From: Eledone cirrhosa | Taxonomy: Eukaryota | Assembly: GCA_964016885.1 (NCBI GenBank) | Contig: OZ024741.1 | Span: forward strand, 372,992,001-373,056,000 | Direction: 5' to 3' | Length of the DNA stretch: 64,000 bases | In this document: positions 11,406 to 23,312 of the stretch, one piece after another | Numbering within the stretch: position 1 is the stretch's first letter | Layout: every line of letters starts with the position of its first letter | Made by a program: the position numbers and the translations under genes | Notes under the pieces: model-generated | What the model was told of the DNA's origin: nothing | Databases searched by the model: none | Seen by the model: the letters and a program-made list of their open reading frames with translations, nothing else

Positions 11406-12424
11406 TCTCTGTCTAGTGTTCCTATAATTTTATAGACTATTGTGCTTTCTCTAAGGTCCTATTGTTTGAGATATTTCAGATTCCTTTAAAGATATATTGT
11501 TTTTTTCTGTGATGGAAAATATATATCAATAATTAAGACTAATTTCAATATCAATAAGTCTATCCATCACTAAAAATATTCCACTCCTTAGTCTTTGATC
11601 AAAAGCATCAGCACTAAATTAGTTTTCAAGCTACCACCATCAGATTGTCTTTTTTTGTAGCACAGTTGTGATAACCAGTTAAACATCTAACTGGAGATGT
11701 ACAGTTGTTGTGATTTTTAATATTACTGTGTTGGTGCCACAATAAAATGAACCCAGTACACCACTGTGGAAAGAATTTTAGGAAGGCTCTTTTTCACTTC
11801 CCTTTTCTCACTTTCTCCATCTCTGGACGAAATCTGTTGTATTCAGAAGTGGAGAGGAGATGGGCTCTGCCAGATTTTTAAAAAATGCCCTAGAAATGCC
11901 ATTTGGTTTGTGAATACAGTGCCACTATGACTCCCCCAGGAGTTACATATCCACATCCAGTTATAGAAACCATGTCAAGTAAAGCAATAAGAAGACTTTC
12001 CAGTTGTGTCAATAACATGATAACTTGTAAAGTGGTTAGCATAAATAAAGTCATCTAGCTGTAGAAGCCATAGCAAACCTGAAACATATGTAAGTGAGAT
12101 GTTGCTTGCCACCAACCCATCGAGAGGACAGTAGATCTGACTTAGTACGATGATAACTTGATCTGTATCAAGTTTATTCAACCCATGTCCACATAGAAAA
12201 ATGGAAGTAAATGATGATGATGATAATGGTAATGATCATGGTGGTGGTGGTGATATAAATATTTGGAGACAAAAATAAATTTTGACAACCTTTACATACA
12301 CCATTTGTATGTATGGACATAAAATCTACAGTCTGATAAATGTGTCTGAACATGGAAGAGCCGAACTCCCACTGTCATCGCCTCCATCTCTCTCACCCTC
12401 CCCATCTCTCTATATTATGAGCAA

Positions 12425-12565
12425 ATGGGGTCCCACGTGCTGGCTACCCCATGGCCCCAGCGGATAGAATGGAGAAGGCATTTCCCCGGAGTATGGTAAG
12501 GGAGATCCACTGGAAAAGCCATTCCACAGAAGTCACAGCATCATAACCTTAATAGTGAGTATGAA
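12425..12565 (-). mobile_element. Decayed fragment of the CRE-clade element
   Basis: AGAATGGAGAAGGC.TTTCCCCGGAG...CTGGAAAAGCCA aligns with 39890-39980. Confidence 0.7.
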
Positions 12566-15274
12566 TGACAGTCTTGTCTGGTGAAATACTGTTGCTGAAA
12601 TTTTGGTATGTAGATCGTGCTGAGGTCAAGCTTGCCTTTCATCCTTCTGAGGTCGATGAATTTAAGTACTAGGGTTTCCTTCTATCTGATATTGCTTTAA
12701 TGGTAAAATGTCCTATAAAATGTCATTGTGGTATTTGTTTTGGCTCTTTACCTTCTGAGTTCAAATCCTGCCACAGTCAAATCTCTCCCCAGCCCCATCC
12801 TGCCCAAATTTGCCAGCCTTGGGCCTAAATTAGAAATTATTTTTGGTTTAGTTTCCAGCAATTCTGTTTGAAGTAGTAACTGAAGGAAAACAGGCAGACA
12901 GATATCAAGACCTGAGATTCACTCGCTTTTAACTAAGATTCCTGCAGATAAGTGTTTCACCTGACTCAGAGTTTGAGAGGTAGAGAATTCAGATATCCTC
13001 ATGAAGTGGAACAATGCAACACCGAAGCCTACAACAACAGATGCAAGTACAGCATATGGTACATCTCATAAGACCTTCTAGTTAGATCCAAGACTAACTT
13101 GTATTATATCATCATCATCATTATTCAACATATACAATCTTAAGTTACCTTATCATATTGATTTCCAGCTTTGGCAAAAGGCCATCAACTTGAAAAGCAA
13201 TGATTTGAACTTGGAACATTAAAGAAACTTATCTGATGACTATGGCAAGTTATTTAGGCCAGTTCTCTAATGTGTCTGTCACTCCACTTCCCTATGTAAT
13301 ATTGTAATGTTAGAAAACAACACAACATAAAACCAAACTAAACAACACAAACACAAAATAAACTACATATCAACATTGATTCGTAAGTTGGCATCAATCC
13401 AAGAAAACATCACCATTATTATTATTATTATTCATCCTTACGGGGTCGATAAAATAAAGAACCAGTAATACACTGGGTAATTTGCTGGCCTTGTGCCAAA
13501 AGTAGAAACAATTATTATTATTATTATTATTGTTATTATTATCATGTTGTTGTTTTTGTTGTTGATGTTGTTGTTGTTATTATTATTAAGGTATGACTTG
13601 ACGTACATCTTCCTTTTCTTATATCACAAATGAGAAAGTGCATTTTGGAAGATATGCTAAGAAATATTTCATTGCTAACAAATGGATTGAGAGAGAATGC
13701 TTTAACAAACAACATTTACAGAATACATTGTTATTTTTGGAATCTGTAACTATACTTATTGCTAACCTGTTACAATATCTTTACGTAAGTAACTGTAAAT
13801 CATTCCAGTTATACTAATTAGAAATGAGAATAATGAACGCATTCTTTATATTCCATATTTATTTTAATTCAATAGCTAAGTAGACACAATTCCTTAACTT
13901 GTCAGCTGAATTCACTATGACATTATAGACACTTAGTATTATTTGTATTCTTTTTCTCTGAAAATGATACTAGCTTTATTGTAAGTTAGTAATCATACCG
14001 TATGTTCTAGTTCCATAAAATGTTTACATTATCTCATTTTAAAACAGGTAGAGTTGTGTTTTTATTTTCTATTCTTTTCTGTTCATGCTTTTTTTCTTTT
14101 GTACTGTTTATTTACAATTATACAGGTATTTACAACGTTGTCATAATATAAAAAGGAAAAAGAAAAGAAGATTAGCATCGATATGTGAAACCCAGTAAGG
14201 GCTATTAGTATGATTGGAATTATATCTAAAGTAATTAACTGCATTTGTGTGTTACTAACAAGGTAATCATTTATCCCAAGAGAATGCACACACATTTATA
14301 AACACAATTTATATTAAAAAAGAAAGAGAAAAAAGTGGGAGAAGACATGTACACTCTATCACATTCCACAACTAGGAGCACAGGGGTTGCTCCTCAAATA
14401 ATTTTTCAGGCAAGCCAACACATTCACAATATTGCCATAGGTGATAGCAAAGCTAAGACACTGGAATAACCAAGTAACCTCATGGGTATCACCTGATACG
14501 TCAGTAAGGTGAGCCACCAGCAATGATAACAGTGTCAGTGGTTCACATTCTCACAAATGTTTCAAATACTACAGGCTAAAAAGAAAATAGTATGCTGCTA
14601 ATTCTTGGTATTTTAGAATATTATTCCATTTGACTACATATACAATGACCCCCCCCCCCCAACCTTTTCAGCAGCATCCATGATGTGGGAAGAAGCAAAA
14701 ATGTCAAAAATTATGGCATCCCAAATGAGACTTCTACCTCTTTCCCAGAGGTAAAGGGTAAGACCATAGTGCCTCTTACCATCAACCTTGGACAACCTGG
14801 CTGGTTTCAGAATTGAGAAGATATTGACTCAAGCCAGGATTATAATCAACTCATAATATATATAATCTACTCATAATATATATAATCTACTCATAATATA
14901 TATCATCACCCTCATAGCAGCCAATGGCAACATCTTTTTCCATCTTTAAGGGTCTTCACCCTATTTTATAAGCTATTTTATAACATCTCCATGCATAAAC
15001 ACACCATTCTTTATATTAACATTATTCCCTCAGCACTTTGATTGGCTTCATATACACGATATTTGTTAACCACACTTAGTATTATATAATGAAGAATTGT
15101 TAAATAAGAGCACTTTAAAATGATGTTTATATGTTAATATAGTTGTTTGGAATTGTTAATAATAAACTAGGTTATAGTTTGAAGAAGGTATGTTCCATCC
15201 TTCTTTATCACTTACATTGAGTTGTCTTAGTTCTTTTGAAGTTAATAAAAGTATCACAAAATATTGCATTTTAA

Positions 15275-15482
15275 CCCTTTAACATTTACATTACTCTATA
15301 TATATTATTATATTTTCATGGTAAAGTCTTTATCTCACATAATATCGAATCTATTTGATTTTGATATTATTTATTTTGAGAACCATACCTTAACATCAGT
15401 ATGAGTGGCTGGTTACAGCCAGTTTGAACAGAAAGCGGTGAGAGAATTCTGGGCGGATATGGCTGGTTTAAATGCTAAAGGG
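15275..15482. mobile_element. piggyBac-like MITE family A
   Basis: TTAA TSD; TIRs CCCTTTAACATTTA / TAAATGCTAAAGGG. Confidence 0.85.
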
Positions 15483-15809
15483 TTAAGCAACCGAAGGAAA
15501 ATCTTTCAGGTTCTTTGAAACATTGTCATTGCAGTATAGAACAAAGAAATTAATAAAAACCACTGCACAATACAGACTTATAGAAAATTGAAATAGTCAA
15601 ACAAGTTAGGCATATAAGCCCCTAATGGACAGCATTGCCAGTGGGGATTAAACTCCCACTTGTCATATGCAGGATGGCAGCATTACCATTAGTGTAATGG
15701 TAAGGCATATGGCAAGTATGAGTTTGATTCCAATAGGCAATACTGCTTCCTTTTTCTATCTCTGGGGTTTTATATGCCTAACTTATTCAACTATTTTCAT
15801 AGTCTAAAA

Positions 15810-16169
15810 CTGGGGTTCTCAACCTTTTGTGCATTATCACCCACTTTCACATGGAAAGAATTTTCACTGCCCACCTGTATAGTAAATGTTCAAAAGCATG
15901 CAAAAATGTTTGGTAAAAGTTTGTTACTGGTTTGTTATTCCCATTTACCCTCCCATTTTTTAATTTCATTTTATATACAGGTTCATTGTATATCTCCTTT
16001 GAATATTTTGCAGGGTAGCATATGTTGAAATACCTTTATAATAATCAAAATTCTATATCATCCACCAAAATTTCCAACCACCCATTATTTTCTGTTCACT
16101 TGCTCATCAGCCACCCAGCTGTTGAAATTGCCCACCGGTAGAGGATATTGCCCATGTTGGGAAACCCTG
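15810..16169. mobile_element. hAT (Charlie-like) MITE
   Basis: 8-bp TSD GTCTAAAA on both sides; imperfect TIRs CTGGGGTTCTCAAC / GTTGGGAAACCCTG. Confidence 0.85.
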
Positions 16170-16654
16170 GTCTAAAAACCAAAACCTCTATTGAAGCAGC
16201 TTACATTAAGTTGGCATAGTTTTAAAATTCAAAATTTGCTCCATGATTCTTGAATACAATTATTTACAGGAAATAAACAAGCTTTAATTTAAAACAGGAA
16301 AATTCAAAATGAGAGTAAACAATTTCAAAAGTTTAATTGCAAGTGCAGATATACAGAATGCATGACAAGGATGTATATGTGTGGGTTGTGATGTTCAAAT
16401 AATGCAATTAAATGCTGATAATCAAGAAACTCATAGCATTCGCTAATCTCTAATTACAGACACTTCATTAGAGTTACTTCTTTAACATGTAAGTAAATGA
16501 GGCTTCTGTGATGTTTACTGAGTAACAAATAGCCATCACACTTCTCTTTAAAAGGATAAAATAGAAATAATACTGAAATACATTGTTATTATAAGGATGT
16601 AGTTGATTAGATACAAAGTATCTTTTCTGATGGACAGCTTCAGAAATAACACTA

Positions 16655-16860
16655 CACTTATCCTTTACTCCACTCCACACTTTTCTCACATTCCAGTCCT
16701 CAGTTATCCCACACTCCACTTCAGTTATCTCATCCTCCACTTCACAGTTATCTCATCCTCCACTCCACAGTTATCTCACACTCTACTCCATAGATATTTC
16801 ACACTCCCCTCCACAGATAACTGGCATTCCCTTCCAAAATTATTCCACATTACACTCTAT
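16655..16860. repeat. Degenerate minisatellite (CTCCACAGTTATCTCA-like)
   Basis: Visible ~25-bp degenerate units. Confidence 0.7.
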
Positions 16861-16959
16861 AGTACATTATGAAGCATGAAATTAACCTACAGAACTACAG
16901 AATAAATGAGAAAGAATTTGAAATATTGTACCCCCCCCCCTCTCTCTTTCGGTCTCTCG

Positions 16960-17039
<80 letters not shown>

Positions 17040-18390
17040 TCATTATCATTCATCATTGTCGTTTTAACATCTACTTTTCCTGCATGCAAACCAAATCAGT
17101 ACTGAAGCAGAGTCACTGATTTCCTAGACAGGCCAGGGACCTGTGTCTTGCTTATGTATGGTCTCATATTCCATCAAGTGCTATGGAGAGGTTTTCATGC
17201 CTTTAACACAACTGAGGGTCCTCCAAACCCTTTGTTTGGCAAGATTTGTATGGCTGGATACCCTTCCAATCACCAACCACTTTATACCATGTACTGGGTG
17301 CATTTATCATGTAGATCACCAACATTAGGGTGGCTGTCATGTCTATGACACGAATTAAGGGACCACCTGACCCTTTGTATGTTTGTTTGCCTGGCAAGCT
17401 CTCCACGGCTAACATTCCACACAAGTTTTAAGAACTATAAATTAGAAAGCAAGTGATTCCCAAATGTTACATTTTGGAAACATTAAAAACCACTAATCAG
17501 AGATGAAACAACAAAGTTTTGAAATGGCAGAACACTTATGATACAAATAGAAATAATATTTCACAATAACATAAAGTTTTGATTGTAGATAAAGAACCCC
17601 AGTGGAAATTATGAAACATTAAAGAGAACATATTTATGTGAGGAATTCTCCATTAATTTTGAAGCTGAGAATTCAGTTGTTCAATCGTTTGTTCAACTTG
17701 TGAATTAACATGTAAGTGGTTGAGTATTCTAGAGCTAGATGTAATCTCAATGTAATTTACAAACCGAAACATTATGACAATATGTGATCGTGTTTAGCCT
17801 TTGAATTAGGTAGCCTACCAAATCCATTTGGTAGTCTTCCAAACAGCTTTCATTTATTGAAAGTCACTTACAATGCTTAGAACAAACTTAAACTATGGTA
17901 AAGGCATTTTCCAAAGATGCTACACTGTGGGATCAAATCTGGAACTTTGTATTTGCAAAGCAAACTTCTTAGCCACTTGGTAATGCCTACATCCACAAAT
18001 GTATGTAGCATACTAGCTAAAATCTCAATCAGTGAACCTAAGCTGGAGTACTGCTTAATATGACTAAAATAAGTTTAAATAGAAAGATTTGTACTGCTGG
18101 TCCATGGTATCAAGGATAAACAGTGTTGAATCTATACACAAAAGTTTGTAAGCTCAAATTCATTCTGAGGACATGGTACATGATAAATATGTCAACTGAT
18201 GGTCTATATCAAGGCTCAGCAAACTATGGCCTATTAACCAAATTCAAAGTGCAGTTTTATATTATCCAGCCTGCTGACTTCATTAAATATATTCCTTTAT
18301 TATAATTTAGATGATGTTACATACAAAGATTCTTTATTTTCCTTATCAATCTTTGGTTAGCAAACAATAAAATTCACTATTAATAAAGTT

Positions 18391-18645
18391 TCATTTTTGC
18401 ACTGGCTTAAAATAAATCACTTTATATGTGCTTGATAAACACAGTTCTGTGCTGAGGTGTTGGTGTACTCTGGTCTCTGAATGCTGGAGCTGATGTCTCA
18501 TCAGACAGTGAAGTAACTCTGTAGGTGTTTCAACCTCTTCTACTGCGACACCAGAGCTATTTGGGATCACCCACCAATGTAGGCAATGAAACTCCTGCAC
18601 AACAGCACAATCTTTAGTGAGTCTGATGTTGTGACTCAGCCCACC
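18391..18645 (-). other. Possible exon of a minus-strand transcript
   Basis: Strong acceptor TTTTTCTTTTGTTCTGACATTTTCAG|GTGGG in non-repetitive, moderately GC-rich sequence. One frame is open to the stop at 18391. Confidence 0.25.
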
Positions 18646-19380
18646 TGAAAATGTCAGAACAAAAGAAAAAATGGAATCTCTTTACTCTGTAAAAAATAAA
18701 AGCTTGTCTAAATAGATGGAGCAAAAGAACAAGGTGGAGTTTGCTGCCTGTAGGTGGAGTGATGGTTCCAGTGCATCTCCCTCATCATCCTCTGGGACAA
18801 TGTATTCTCCACCCTGTTGGGTGGGACCCGGAGGCAGAGGGTAAGTCAGTTGAAGGTGGTGGATACTCATTCAGACATCACACATTTCCTCTTCTCACCC
18901 CACTTGATCTCCCTTTTATTAAATAATATTTAATTTATTTTATGTTAAACACTTACAATGAAAGTATATTACAGTAGTCAAGAACCAAGTTGTTTCCATA
19001 GCTTTCTATGATCATAGTTTAATTTTTTTTGTCCAAGATATGAAAATATTCCCAATTTAGACAGTCTCCAAAAAATGTTTGCTGAATGCTGATTTTCATG
19101 GAAATTCAGTTTGCTATAAATAGTGACTAAATATCCCTTAAATCACATCCTACTATCTTAAAAGAACAAAAAATAAATAAACAAATAAAAACATATATTA
19201 ATAATTCTGTCCTAGAATCACTATGTCTGAAAGAAAGATGAAATCATCTTGACCTTTGATCATAGATCTTGTCAAATATTACTGACCTGACGTCAAACAG
19301 ACAGAACAATAAATGGCATCTCATGACAAATGGTGCCTGAGGACAAATGGAAACTAAACCATTGAAAATATAGTGTTTAA

Positions 19381-19525
19381 CCCTTTAGCATTTAAACCAG
19401 CCATATCCGGCCAGAACTCTTTCACCTCTTTCTGTTCAAACTGGTCGTAACTGGCCACTCAGATTCGATATTATGTGAAATAAAGCCTTTAAAACAAAAA
19501 TACAATAATATATATAGAGTAATGG
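19381..19525. mobile_element. Truncated piggyBac-like MITE family A
   Basis: TTAA|CCCTTTAGCATTTAAACC, reverse orientation relative to the 15275 copy. Confidence 0.75.
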
Positions 19526-19914
19526 ACTGGAATAGACCTATGTTGGTTTTGACAATGAATGTTCTAATTGTTTTATCTATGGAACAACTTGCTCATAAAA
19601 CTAATGTGTAAGTGGCTGAGCAGCATTCCACAGACATGTGTACCCCTAGTGTAATTTTCAGGGACATTCAGCATAAGACAGTGTGTAACATAGCTGGGTC
19701 TTTGAATAACAGGTACAATCCATCCACTAGGCTTCCAAACAGTTTCTATCTACCCAATCTCACTCACAAGCCATAGTTTGACTGAAGGCTATGGTAAATT
19801 GCACTTGCTCATATTACCCTACATTAAGATTGAAAATAGGGCCTAATGATTGTGAATTTAACTTCTTACCCATTCAATCATGTTGTATCTACAACAAAAA
19901 TTTAGTAATATATC

Positions 19915-20267
19915 TATAGCGAGCATTCTGGGTTGTATTAATGTAACAAAACGAGACATGGTTTGTGTATATAATATTTAATTAACGGTAGATAGAATAC
20001 TTGACATGTCAATGGAGATGTTAGAATGAAACAAAGTTAGTAGTTACCGTTTTGATTGCCAGGCAAACGCGGCTGGCAGAGGGCCAGGCGCCTGTTGGCC
20101 AAATTAATGGCAGAGCCAAATGAGAAGACTCTTGACCTGGTGCCGAAAAGGCAAAGAGAGAGAGGAAGCTTAAAGTTGTTAGTTTTATAGGGCTCTGACC
20201 GGAAGTTGCAGAAAGGGTTCCACTTCCCGTCTAGATCCCAATCAAAACAAGGGAGACAACCGCTACA
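19915..20267 (-). repeat. 3' LTR
   Basis: 353 bp; minus-strand TATAAAA (about 20183-20189) lies upstream of ATTAAA (about 19977-19982). Confidence 0.9.
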
Positions 20268-21598
20268 TAACCTCCCGCCAGAATTTTAGTGTATAAAAAT
20301 CGAAATGAAAATATGCAGCAAGTTGGCGAGAATGTTGTAACAGGCATGAAAATTACGACAAAAGAATGTCTGGAAAAATCAATGATAGATATCAAGGTAG
20401 CCAACCGCTCTTGGCCAGAGAACGACTGGACATCCATCTATCCATCACCCAAAGATACAATGTAATAAAGTAAAAGTAATAGAAGAGCTCAAAGTTCAAA
20501 ATATAGTTCACAGGTGTGCAATCACATGACAGCAGGAAAGAAAGTGTGTTCCAGAGAATGAATGCAGGTGGTTTCTGTTCTGTGGTATATCGTGAAATTT
20601 CCAACCTCCGAATGGATTTTCTCACAGGAAGAGTGCTGCAAAAATGAATTCTCTGGCTTTGGTGAAGCTGTATTGATGTATTGCTGTTGCTGTTATATTG
20701 CTGTTGCTGCTGCTGTTGTCTCGCTGAGTGAGCGTATTCGGTGTTTAAATTCACAGTAAAAAAATTTTTTTTTTTAGAAAAAAATGAGTTGCGCAAAGTG
20801 CTAGAAATAGCAGCCGAAGTTGATGGTCGATGTTGAGAATGCGTTGACCTGGAAGGGTCAAGAGGCCAGCGACCAGAGAAATAAGCATTCCTAATAAATG
20901 CGCGGTTATCAACGGTAAATTTACATTGTAAATTTATAAACCGGCAAATAGAAGAATATAGCTTAAGGCTGAAGAATCCCTGGTGATAGATGGCGTGCGG
21001 CTGTCTGTGAGTAGAGACATCTCAGTGAATCGAGAATTTATGCTGCCTACACGTGCCAATACAAGGTTGAAAAAAAAATATTTCTAACGCGCGAGAAAAT
21101 GATAGTGCAATTTTGAAAGTGACAATGATGAAAAAGAAAGGCTTCAATCAGCATAATTATAGGTGTGAACTTTGGAAAAAAACAAAAAACTTGAACGATG
21201 AAGAAAACGAAGAACAAAAGGCAATGGTTCATCGAAAATAAATGTTCCTGTTGAAATGTTTTTTAAAGAATATCAAATTTCTTTTTTTTTTTGTGTGTTT
21301 TGAAAGAGTTCGTTGTAAGAAACGAGAAACATATATATATATCGTGAAATGTTTTTTTTGTTTTGAAAGTGTTCGTTGTAAGAAACGAGAAACATATATA
21401 TATATTGGTGAAATGCGACAGTTAATTGATGCGTGAGAGAAAAAGTATGTCTGTGCGAATTCCACATGTGCGTGTGTGCGTGTCCTTGAGTATTTTCATA
21501 GTTTGTCGCTAAATTTGCTGTGTATTCGTAATGTTACTCACAAAACCAGATGTGCTATTTTTTTCTTTTTTTGGGGGTGACCACTTATAGCGATGAAC

Positions 21599-21630
21599 GG
21601 CTGCGTGTTCGTATCACGTCAGGGTTACCA
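21599..21630 (-). other. Extended tRNA-Trp primer-binding site
   Basis: Plus strand GGCTGCGTGTTCGTATCACGTCAGGGTTACCA versus the metazoan tRNA-Trp 3' end as recalled, GGCTGCGTGTTCGAATCACGTCGGGGTCACCA. Confidence 0.85.
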
Positions 21631-21631
21631 A

Positions 21632-21996
21632 TATAGCGAGATTACTGGTTGTATGAATGTAACAAAACGAGACATGGTTTGTGTATATAATATTTAATTA
21701 ACGGTAGATAGAATACTTGACATGTCAATGGAGATGTTAGAATGAAACAAAGTTAGTAGTTACCGTTTTGATTGCCAGGCAAACGCGGCTGGCAGAGGGC
21801 GCCTGGCTAAGGCCAGGCGCCTGTTGGCCAAATTAATGGCAGAGCCAAATGAGAAGACTCTTGACCTGGTGCCAAAAAGGCAAAGAGAGAGAGGAAGCTT
21901 AAAGTTGTTAGTTTTATAGGGCTCTGACCGGAAGTTGCAGAAAGGGTTCCACTTCCCGTCTAGATCCCAATCAAAACAAGGGAGACAACCGCTACA
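21632..21996 (-). repeat. 5' LTR
   Basis: 365 bp; differs from the 3' LTR by a 13-bp indel and a few substitutions. Confidence 0.9.
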
Positions 21997-22974
21997 TATC
22001 TTTCTCATTATTAACTCATCACAACTTGTATTGCATGAAACATTAGCAAGAAATTTTCAAAAAGTACTGCATTACATTAAAAAAATGACATTATTTACTC
22101 TAGTACTGCAAATCTTCACAATGATCTGTCCACCAGTAAACATAATATAAACATTTGAATTAAAAAACCTGTTCTTAAATAGTTTCTGATAAATCATTAC
22201 ATGATAAGAGTTAAGCTAGTGTTTCAAACATAACATAACAAAAGTTCTTACATAAAATTAAGATGGGAGGTTTTTAAATAAATATACACACTTTAAAACA
22301 AACAGTTCTGTATCATAAAACCAGGGGCAGTTTCATTTGAAAAGGTTAAGAACACATGCATATTTGTACTATCTAAACTAATAATAGCTCATCCCGTAAA
22401 TGTTAGTACATTATCATTAATCTGGATCTATTTGAATGCACCAACAAGAGAGCATTTATGCAGTCACCTGACCTACTAGAAGTTGCAGTCAAATTTTCCT
22501 CAAAATACATTTTACTATCTTTAAATGGGAAGAACACATTGGACAGATAGTGTAGTGTAAGTTACAATATACCTGAAAAGAAGTATAAGTATACAAGGTA
22601 ATCATTATGATGAAGCCTTTCATCTTGTGTTTGCTTGATGAAGACTGATTGAAGTTAAACATGATTAACTACACAGTTATTTCTATCACTTAGTCTCTTT
22701 TGACATGATTTTTAAAAAATGAAACATTTGACAAGTAATTTAGCTGACAATAAGATGGTAAACTACCAAACATCAATCAATTAATTTATATGTACATCTT
22801 ACAGCTAGTAACTATTATATTATAATAGTTTATGAACAGATAAAGTGTCAAAGTTTAACAAATCATTTGTTTGTTTGAAGTAAAAATTAAATAAAAGTAT
22901 TTATCCACTAAAGTTATAGACTGTGAAATATTTCAAGTTCTTAACCTCATATATGTTGATTCAAACTATATTAC

Positions 22975-23312
22975 TAACCTTATACAAAATGGATGTGCAA
23001 TGTAAGTGTGGGAGAAAGGCAGAGCTTGGATGAGTTGAGGGAGAAGCAGGGTTTAAGAGGAATCCGAGGTGGTTTGCAGGAGAGAAGACTGCATTAGTGT
23101 GGACATGTGATGCAGATGGACAATGATCATTGGGTGAAGAAGCACCAGGAAATCCCAATGGAAGGAAGCTGTAGAAGTTGTGAGAGTTAACCTTAAATCA
23201 TTGAGACACATAGAGAAGCTGACAAAAGAATGTGACAAGTGGAGAGATGCCATGTTGAGAAGGACCCATACAACTCATGCAAGTGTGGAAAATGGATGTA
23301 AAACTGATGACA
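22975..23312 (+). mobile_element. Decayed RTE (BovB-like) LINE 3' end
   Basis: Similar to the reverse complement of 62400-62810; RTE-type tail CATGCAAGTGTGGAAAATGGATGTAAA. Confidence 0.65.

Larger units (their letters stand above)
19915..21996 (-). mobile_element. Complete non-autonomous LTR retrotransposon (Ty3/Gypsy-type 4-bp TSD)
   Basis: Near-identical LTRs at 19915-20267 and 21632-21996 (minus strand TGTAGCG...CGCTATA); TSD TATC at 19911-19914 and 21997-22000; PBS TGGTAACCCTGACGTGAT; PPT-like GGCGGGAGG before the 3' LTR; no gag/pol ORF in the 1.36-kb interior. Confidence 0.92.

Noticed and set aside
18754-18840. Plus-strand exon (TAG|...|GTAAGT)
   Set aside because: Good donor but poor pyrimidine tract, no recognisable peptide and no partner exon.
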